Shown here: positions 57,489 through 64,000 of the stretch, piece after piece | How positions within the stretch are numbered: the first letter of the stretch is position 1 | Layout of the letters: each line of letters begins with the position of its first letter | From: a virus | Lineage: Duplodnaviria > Caudoviricetes | IMG/VR virus record: IMGVR_UViG_3300025652_000060 | Location: 1,336 to 65,335 of that record | Length of the DNA: 64,000 nucleotides | Direction: 5' to 3' (one strand) | Program-made: the position numbers and the translations under genes | Notes under the pieces: generated by a model | Told to the model about the DNA's origin: nothing | The model's input: only the letters and a program-made list of their open reading frames with translations | The model's database searches: none

Positions 57489-57848
57489 ATGAGCGATGAA
57501 AAAGATTTAGGCGGTAGACCTAGAATAGAAATTGATATGGCTGAACTTGATAAGCTCTGCACTTTGCAGGCGACCATTGAGGAAATGGCATCATGGTTTG
57601 ACTGCTCAATTGATACGGTAGAGAGAAGAATTAAAGAGCATTCTGGTAAAGGATTTGCGGAGTATTTCGCACTAAAGAGAGGAAAGGGTAAGATATCCCT
57701 TAGAAGAAAGCAGTTCGAAACCGCCATGAGTGGAAACGTAACCATGCAAATCTTTCTAGGGAAAAACTACTTAGGGCAATCCGATAAGCAAGAAATAGAT
57801 CATAAGGTTTCTGAAATCAAAATTTCTGGCGACGATGGAGACCTCTGA
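57489..57848 (+). CDS. Terminase small subunit (different family from A)
   Basis: GRP, HTH, SLRRKQFETA..GNVTMQIFLGKNYLGQ.D. Confidence 0.85.
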   Translation: MSDEKDLGGRPRIEIDMAELDKLCTLQATIEEMASWFDCSIDTVERRIKEHSGKGFAEYFALKRGKGKISLRRKQFETAMSGNVTMQIFLGKNYLGQSDKQEIDHKVSEIKISGDDGDL

Positions 57849-59106
57849 GGGATTTAAAAAAACCCTTATTCAAGTTAAGGCGATTACGCTTCTAGCGGGT
57901 CATGCTCTCCACAATATGCTTTATGGTGGATCCAGATCTGGGAAAACTTTTATCCTATGCTATGCGGTTATTCTAAGAGCCTGCAAAACTAAATCAAGGC
58001 ATTGCATTTTAAGATTAAAATTTAATCATGCGAAAAGAGCCATCTGGTTAGATACAATTCCAAAAGTAATGAGCATCTGCTTTCCAGACCTTACTTATAA
58101 AACTAATTCCACTGATTATTATATCGTGCTGCCTAATGGCTCAGAGATCTGGGTCGGTGGATTGGATGATAAGAAACGAGTGGAGAAAATTCTGGGGAAT
58201 GAATACTCTACTCTTTATTTTAACGAGTGTTCTGAAATTCCTTTAAGCTCTATTAATATTGCCCTTACTAGATTGGCTGAAAAGAATTCACTAGTTAAAA
58301 AGGTTTACTATGATGAGAACCCACCAAGCAAAAAACATTGGAGCTATTGGCTCTTTATAAAATTTTGGCATCCGGAGGCTGAGGAAGAATTAGACCCTGC
58401 AGATTATTCCTGCATGGTGATGAACCCTAAGGATAATCTTGAGAATATAGATCCTGATTACATAAAGAATATTTTAAGCAAGCTACCCGAAAACGAACGC
58501 ATCCGCTTCCTCAATGGTGAGTTTGTGGACGGGGACGATGGGGTCACTTACTACGAATTCGACCGTGAAATCCATACAAGTTCTGAGGCTATACAAAGAC
58601 CAGGTACTACTTTCATAGGGATGGACTTTAACGTAGATCCTATGACGGCGGTTCTGTTTCAATTCTACAATAATACTATCTGGGTTTTCGATGAGATATT
58701 CCTTCGCAATTCCGATACCCCTAAAATGTGTAAAGAATTAAAACGTAGAGGGTATGCGGGGCTAAAAGTTATCCCTGATTCTACAGGTGGAAATAGGAAA
58801 ACGTCAGGTAGATCTGACTTTGAAATACTAAAGGAAAATGGTTTTGTATGCGAGAATGTTTATAACCCTTTCGTAACTGACCGAGTTAATAACCTGAATA
58901 GACTTTTAGCAGCTAATCGCATTATGATTAATCCTAAGTGTAATAAACTTATCAACGATCTTGAACAGGTCGCTTGGAAAGATAATAAACTAGATCAAAA
59001 GGGCGAATCGAAGCTCTTGACCCATATTTCTGACTGCCTAGGTTATGGTGCTTGGAAAATGGAGCCAATAGTCGGCAAATCAAAACGAGCAATAAGGTTA
59101 AGTTAA
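57835..59106 (+). CDS. Terminase large subunit
   Basis: Close homolog of 22661. Confidence 0.92.
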   Translation: METSEGFKKTLIQVKAITLLAGHALHNMLYGGSRSGKTFILCYAVILRACKTKSRHCILRLKFNHAKRAIWLDTIPKVMSICFPDLTYKTNSTDYYIVLPNGSEIWVGGLDDKKRVEKILGNEYSTLYFNECSEIPLSSINIALTRLAEKNSLVKKVYYDENPPSKKHWSYWLFIKFWHPEAEEELDPADYSCMVMNPKDNLENIDPDYIKNILSKLPENERIRFLNGEFVDGDDGVTYYEFDREIHTSSEAIQRPGTTFIGMDFNVDPMTAVLFQFYNNTIWVFDEIFLRNSDTPKMCKELKRRGYAGLKVIPDSTGGNRKTSGRSDFEILKENGFVCENVYNPFVTDRVNNLNRLLAANRIMINPKCNKLINDLEQVAWKDNKLDQKGESKLLTHISDCLGYGAWKMEPIVGKSKRAIRLS

Positions 59107-60596
59107 TGGACATTAGAGATTATAGAGTAGCAGAACAATTGATCCAAGAAATCGAAAGCAACCAATTCGCAGAGCGGAGAAAGCAAGAATATAAGGCTTA
59201 CAAAGTTGCTGAGGGTGGTCAGCGAGAGTATGTTCTTTCAGAGCTGCAGGGTTTATTCCCTAAATCATGGGACACCATGAGGGTTTCAGATATTTCTGTA
59301 AGCAATAAGGTTCTTTCTAAATTTGCAAAAGCCTACAAGGATAGCCCGATTCGTGGACTTGAGAGTCAGACCGATGAGGTTAATGATCTATTTACGGAAT
59401 CGGATTTTGATTCCAGAATGGCTGAATTCGATAGGGATTATAATCGCCAAAGATATGGGCTTTTATGGGTAAATGAGATCGACGGAAAGCCATCATTTCA
59501 TTCTTTAAAAGGTTTTGAGTCTTTCGTTAAAAGAGATCGCCAAACTGGAAAGCTTCAAGCCGTTGTTATTAATTATCCAAGCGAAGTTATTACTTATAAT
59601 TCTAATTCCAATGCCGATGGTATCGAGCAAGATCTTTCAGAGAGTCAAGATGATTCGAGCGCAGAGTCTAGAGTCTATGCGATGTGGACGGATGAATTCC
59701 ATGCGGTCTGGAGAATTACAGAAAAAGAAATCAGAGGTGTAAAAACCTCAAGCGTTGAGATGGTAGAAATCGAAGGCAATCCCAATAATGTAAATGATCT
59801 GGGTAGGCTTCCTTTCGTTTTTAGATCTAAGAACTCATCGGTAGATCTACCATTTCTTAATCAATTAACTGAACAATCAATTACCTATAATGTATTGAAT
59901 TCTGACTTTCTAACTGCGATGGCTCTCCAAGGGTATGGACAGTTAGTGGTTACGATGCCTGAGGATATGGCGGTTGAATCTATGCACAGTGGAATGACTA
60001 CCGCAATGACTCTCCCAATTGTTCAGGGAGCCGATGTTCAAGCCGATGCTAAGTATATTAATCCTTCTCCAGATCTTGCGGGAATGAAATTGACCCTTGA
60101 TAATTATGCGGGAGATATTACTGGTGAGCATCTAGGGCAAACTCAATCTGTTAACTCTAACCAAACCTTTTCTAGTGGACTTGAGAGAGTAATAGCGCAA
60201 GCCGATGTTACCGATATCATCCAAGGGAATCAGAGAGTTTATTCTAAAATGGAAAAAGAGGTAGTGGATATCCTTAGAGCTTACGGTCAATTAGCCGATG
60301 GCAAAAATGAATTAACTACAATCTTTCCGAAAGCAAAAGTGCAAATTTCCGATGCTGAAACACTGACTAATATTAAAACAAGACTAGAGCTTGGATTAAT
60401 CACTAAGGTTGAAGCTCTGCAGATCATAGATCCGAATCTGGATGATGATGATGCGGTAAAGAAGCTTGCAGAGATAGGAAAACAGAATAATGAAGCTATA
60501 GAGGCTTTTAGAGGTGGGGATAATGCCGATAGAACTGGACGAGATAAGCTACGAGTTGGATCTGACCGAGAAGTTGAAAAAGATTCCGAGAAATAA
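59106..60596 (+). CDS. Portal protein
   Basis: Homolog of 23950; start set to MDIR. Confidence 0.8.
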   Translation: MDIRDYRVAEQLIQEIESNQFAERRKQEYKAYKVAEGGQREYVLSELQGLFPKSWDTMRVSDISVSNKVLSKFAKAYKDSPIRGLESQTDEVNDLFTESDFDSRMAEFDRDYNRQRYGLLWVNEIDGKPSFHSLKGFESFVKRDRQTGKLQAVVINYPSEVITYNSNSNADGIEQDLSESQDDSSAESRVYAMWTDEFHAVWRITEKEIRGVKTSSVEMVEIEGNPNNVNDLGRLPFVFRSKNSSVDLPFLNQLTEQSITYNVLNSDFLTAMALQGYGQLVVTMPEDMAVESMHSGMTTAMTLPIVQGADVQADAKYINPSPDLAGMKLTLDNYAGDITGEHLGQTQSVNSNQTFSSGLERVIAQADVTDIIQGNQRVYSKMEKEVVDILRAYGQLADGKNELTTIFPKAKVQISDAETLTNIKTRLELGLITKVEALQIIDPNLDDDDAVKKLAEIGKQNNEAIEAFRGGDNADRTGRDKLRVGSDREVEKDSEK

Positions 60597-61008
60597 GCGA
60601 AAGGAAGCGAAAGAATTAGTTGGGGTTTATCTTTTAGATGCCATCCTGAATGATACTGATAACGCCAAGAGTCCAGTAAGCGGGAAAAAATACCAAGCCC
60701 TCAGTAGCGACTATAAGGCGTTTAAAAAGAAAAAAGGTAAGGGTACTAAGGCTAATTTAAGGCTAAACGAGAAAATGCTCCCAAAATTAAAGTCTAAGAA
60801 TACCGTAAAGGGCGTTAAGATCTTGATGCGAACAGGCTTGGAGAAAGAGCTTGCGAAGGCTTACAACCATAATGTTGGTGATACTTTACCTAAGCGTGAT
60901 TTCTTGCCAGATGATGATGGCGCTCCAGTTAAACCTAGATTGAAAGGATCCGACCAGTTCAGATCTGATATTGTTCGAGGGATTGATGATATCCTAGAGG
61001 ACTTTTAG
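60523..61008 (+). CDS. Virion morphogenesis-family protein (copy 1)
   Basis: Homolog of 25382; start set to MPIE. Confidence 0.6.
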   Translation: MPIELDEISYELDLTEKLKKIPRNKRKEAKELVGVYLLDAILNDTDNAKSPVSGKKYQALSSDYKAFKKKKGKGTKANLRLNEKMLPKLKSKNTVKGVKILMRTGLEKELAKAYNHNVGDTLPKRDFLPDDDGAPVKPRLKGSDQFRSDIVRGIDDILEDF

Positions 61009-61442
61009 TGAGCATCACTATTAAGAAGAATTTAAAATCATTAAAAACATTCTCAAGGGATGTTAAGAAGAATTTCTCTAGAAAATTAAAGGATGATATT
61101 GCAGACGAAATCATAGTGGATATTATTCAAGGGAAATCACCTGTTCGAAATCATACTTTCAAGCCTTATAAGAGTATTAAATATAAAGGGCGCAAGCGTC
61201 CTGTTGATATGTTCAAAACTGGAGATCTATTAAAATCTATTCATGTAAAACAAAATAGGCTTGGAGAGATCCTAGTCTCTTTTAAGGATGAAAAAGCAGA
61301 ATGGCATCAAGAAGGTCAAGGAAAACTGCCAGTTAGAAAGCTTTTGCCAGTTAAGAGAGGCGAAAAGTTCAATATAAGACTTACTAAATTCATCAACAAA
61401 ATTTTAAAACTTGCTGTTAAAAAGGCAGTAAAGAAGCAATAA
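61008..61442 (+). CDS. Virion morphogenesis-family protein (copy 2)
   Basis: Homolog of 25870. Confidence 0.6.
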   Translation: MSITIKKNLKSLKTFSRDVKKNFSRKLKDDIADEIIVDIIQGKSPVRNHTFKPYKSIKYKGRKRPVDMFKTGDLLKSIHVKQNRLGEILVSFKDEKAEWHQEGQGKLPVRKLLPVKRGEKFNIRLTKFINKILKLAVKKAVKKQ

Positions 61443-61443
61443 T

Positions 61444-61491
61444 TTTACAAACGAGTAAGAAATTACTTATTATTTAATCGAGCGAACGCTC
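61444..61491 (+). promoter_or_regulatory. Sigma70-like promoter plus small hairpin before the scaffold gene
   Basis: TTTACA-18-TATTAT; gagcgaacgctc. Confidence 0.5.
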
Positions 61492-61503
61492 TAGGAGTTA
61501 ATT

Positions 61504-62106
61504 ATGGTCGAAGGACAAAAAGAAGCATCAACGGAAGAAAAGGCAGAATTGCCAAAAACAGAAGTTGGGGAAAAAGCATTATTAGATAGACTGGCGCAAT
61601 TAGAGTCAACTAATGAAAGGCTATTGGCACAATCAAAAGAGAATGCCGATAAGTACCGATCAATGAGGGACGCTAAGGACGCAAGCGAAAAAGAAGAACT
61701 GTTGAAGCAAGAAAATTACAAAGGACTTCTAGGGAAAAAGAATGAAGAATATTCAGCCCTTGAGGAAAATTTTAATACTCTTAAAAAGACAGCTCTTAAA
61801 AAAGATTTAGATTTTACCGTTGCAAAGCTTATTGATAAGCCGCTTGCTAATGGTGCCAGTGTGGACGATGTGATCGAGCAAGTTCTAAAAACTGGAGTTG
61901 TAGAGATCCTAGAAGATGAGAGCGGGTTTGCTAATATCGAGGAAGCATACAACAAGGTAAAAGAATCTAAGGCTTTTCTTTTCGATGCAAAAAAGTCGAC
62001 CATGATTAATGCGGTTCCAAGCGGTCAAGCTCCGTCAGGAAAGAAATTAAGTCAGGGCGAACAATTAAGTTCAGCTCTAGAATCTATCTTTAAAAATAGG
62101 GGATAA
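61504..62106 (+). CDS. Capsid scaffolding protein
   Basis: Homolog of 26371. Confidence 0.8.
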   Translation: MVEGQKEASTEEKAELPKTEVGEKALLDRLAQLESTNERLLAQSKENADKYRSMRDAKDASEKEELLKQENYKGLLGKKNEEYSALEENFNTLKKTALKKDLDFTVAKLIDKPLANGASVDDVIEQVLKTGVVEILEDESGFANIEEAYNKVKESKAFLFDAKKSTMINAVPSGQAPSGKKLSQGEQLSSALESIFKNRG

Positions 62107-62108
62107 AT

Positions 62109-62957
62109 ATGGCAGACGTATTAATGGGAGTAACGGAAACAACCGCAGCTTCTCACGAACAAGTATCAAAACTAGCTCAGAGCTATTTAATTCAACAAGC
62201 AAAACTTGCTGCAACGGTAACTGATTATTCTTTTCTTGCAGTACCAGGTGCCGCTTCTGTTGCACTTCCTAGAAGTGGGGGTTTCACGGTTGGCGACAAG
62301 TCAGAAAATACGGCAGTAGATGCGCAGGTAATTACGTACGCAAAAGATACAATTTCTCTAGATCAACACCGTGTTGTGCAATTTCTTTTAGAGGATATCG
62401 CAGGGGTTCAGTCAAATGTAGCCGTTGTTCAAGATGCTCTAATGAAAGCAACTAAGGATCTTGCTCTAGATATGGACAACAAGATTATTACAGAACTTAG
62501 ACTTGCTTCTGCTTCTGGTCCTGACCACCTAATCAAGTTCACAGATGCCACTAACGAGGACATTGAGCTTGCTGATATTCTTAATGCTAGAGAGCTTTTA
62601 GTTACTCAAAACATTGACCCAAGAGAATGTTACATGGGTGTAGGCGCTGACCAAGAAAGATATATGCTTGCAATTGATAACTTTATTTCAGCCGAGAAAT
62701 ACGGAAGTAATGAACCTATCATGCAAGGTGAAATCGGTAGAATTTACGGAATGAAAGTTCTTGTTCATACTGGTTTTTCTCAAGAAGCTTGCTTCTGGCA
62801 TCCTTCTGCAGTTGGTTTCGCTATTCAGGCAGGAACTCGTTTTCAATCACAACCAGATCTTGCAAATCTTGCGACTAGATACTCTCTAGACTATATCGCA
62901 GGTTTTGAAGTTCTTGACAGTGGTAAAAGACAAGTTCAGATTTCTGAAACTGCTTAA
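62109..62957 (+). CDS. Major capsid protein
   Basis: 282-aa close homolog of 26987. Confidence 0.88.
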   Translation: MADVLMGVTETTAASHEQVSKLAQSYLIQQAKLAATVTDYSFLAVPGAASVALPRSGGFTVGDKSENTAVDAQVITYAKDTISLDQHRVVQFLLEDIAGVQSNVAVVQDALMKATKDLALDMDNKIITELRLASASGPDHLIKFTDATNEDIELADILNARELLVTQNIDPRECYMGVGADQERYMLAIDNFISAEKYGSNEPIMQGEIGRIYGMKVLVHTGFSQEACFWHPSAVGFAIQAGTRFQSQPDLANLATRYSLDYIAGFEVLDSGKRQVQISETA

Positions 62958-62980
62958 TAATTATTTAATTATTAATATTG

Positions 62981-63009
62981 AAGGGAGGGTTTCGGCTCTC
63001 CCTTTTTTT
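62981..63009 (+). terminator. Intrinsic terminator after capsid gene
   Basis: aagggagggt-TTCG-gctctccctt plus T run. Confidence 0.8.
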
Positions 63010-63020
63010 CTAGGCGCTAA

Positions 63021-63245
63021 ATGGAAAACTCTACGTTAATAGCTGTGTCGCTTGAGGCACGAACGAGAAGTGAGCTATCAGGCAAGCAATTGCTTAATAA
63101 TGCCAAACATAATACCTTTTTCAGATACTTTGATTTTCAGAAAGACGGAAAGCGTTGGGTATGTTTTTATTATGCCGATGCAGCACCTCATTCAAGGCAA
63201 ATTGAAAAGCATCAAATAAAATTCCCTAAGGATGGTGAGGAATGA
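63021..63245 (+). CDS. Hypothetical virion-region protein
   Basis: Homolog of 27892. Confidence 0.7.
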   Translation: MENSTLIAVSLEARTRSELSGKQLLNNAKHNTFFRYFDFQKDGKRWVCFYYADAAPHSRQIEKHQIKFPKDGEE

Positions 63246-63505
63246 GTAGCACAATCACTAAGGATGCGGAAAAAAAGAAATTTATTGACGGATCATCTCA
63301 GGAACCAAGCGTTAGGGTTCAGATCGCCAATGGTTTTCAGGTAAATAAATTAGCAAAATATGTCGAGGCTGTTTATACGAATAGCAATATGACTGTAACA
63401 TATAATTATTATGAATCTAGCTCTAAGGCTACGCTATATAATTCTATCGTAACCTCTTATTCTGTTGCACAAGATACAGAATTTACGAGCGCAGAGTGGG
63501 CTTAA
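63242..63505 (+). CDS. Hypothetical virion protein
   Basis: Homolog of 28113. Confidence 0.7.
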   Translation: MSSTITKDAEKKKFIDGSSQEPSVRVQIANGFQVNKLAKYVEAVYTNSNMTVTYNYYESSSKATLYNSIVTSYSVAQDTEFTSAEWA

Positions 63506-63945
63506 AACTCAATCCCTTTACTGGAAAATTTGATCTAGTTTCTAAGGAAGCTGCTAATTTTTCTTATAACTATATTGTTGCGACTCAAACCCTAGAGGTT
63601 CCAGAGTATCAACAAATGATGGTGCATGATGCCTTAACTATTGATGGGGTTTTAGAAATAAATGGAGAGGTGATACTTCTAGATTTTAATATCCCTAGTC
63701 GATTAATAGAAACCTCGGTGAGCGAATCTATAAACATTGAAATTTACGAAGTCATTAGACAAACTGTGTCGGGTATTACGACAAGCTTGAGCAATGCTAT
63801 TGCAGGCTCTACAATAACAATAACGAATAGAAGCGGTGGCGATAATACCTTAAATATAACAGTACAAGGTACAGCTTCACCAATCATAAAAGATTTAGAA
63901 AGTTTCTCTCTAATATATAACGGAACCGATTATGACATTACTTAG
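63496..63945 (+). CDS. Virion structural protein
   Basis: Homolog of 28364. Confidence 0.7.
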   Translation: MGLKLNPFTGKFDLVSKEAANFSYNYIVATQTLEVPEYQQMMVHDALTIDGVLEINGEVILLDFNIPSRLIETSVSESINIEIYEVIRQTVSGITTSLSNAIAGSTITITNRSGGDNTLNITVQGTASPIIKDLESFSLIYNGTDYDIT

Positions 63946-64000
63946 AGATATGAAATCTATTGGCGAAACCTCTACAGGTAACACCACGACCACGCCTTTA
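63803..64000 (+). repeat. Near-identical direct repeat, copy 2 (runs off the window)
   Basis: Matches 28671..28868. Confidence 0.95.

Larger units (their letters stand above)
28671..63802 (+). mobile_element. Phage genome B (complete 35,132-bp unit, circularly permuted)
   Basis: One full set of phage modules between two copies of the same segment (offset 35,132 bp). Confidence 0.88.

Noticed and set aside
1-64000. Diversity-generating retroelement (template/variable repeat pairs)
   Set aside because: No reverse transcriptase, and A/B differences are not adenine-specific; the repeats are whole-genome homology.
1-64000. Integrated prophage or CRISPR array
   Set aside because: No integrase, host genes, att-like context or regularly spaced repeats seen.
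1-64000. Stop-codon reassignment
   Set aside because: Genes are full length under the standard code; TAA, TAG and TGA all end ORFs.
1-64000. Specific host assignment
   Set aside because: The lipoprotein spanin-like gene suggests a diderm host, but nothing visible supports a named taxon.

Overview
The window holds two related but clearly diverged, collinear tailed-phage genomes (siphovirus-like: tail tube, G/GT chaperone pair and tape measure, no sheath), joined head-to-tail. Genome A runs from before position 1 to about 28,670. Genome B is a complete 35,132-bp unit from 28,671 to 63,802, bounded by a near-identical segment (28,671-28,868 vs 63,803-64,000, one mismatch). This is either an assembly chimera through a shared segment or a real cointegrate. 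Both genomes carry terminase, portal, scaffold, capsid, tail, lysis (holin, spanin-like lipoprotein, amidase), SSAP/SSB, metallophosphoesterase, RusA-like, Rep and helicase-like genes. I see no integrase, repressor or DNA polymerase. The best candidate novel system is a B-only cassette just upstream of the small terminase: a ParB-N protein, a Mom-family adenine-modification enzyme, and an atypical tRNA-Gly(UCC) that overlaps the mom stop codon. That tRNA keeps the GlyRS identity elements but has the hallmarks of non-proteinogenic tRNA-Gly (GUGC in place of GUUC, no D-loop GG), suggesting a dedicated glycine donor for DNA hypermodification. Comparing A with B also reveals several conserved non-coding elements and repeated non-orthologous gene swaps. 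All family calls are by-eye motif recognition, not database searches.
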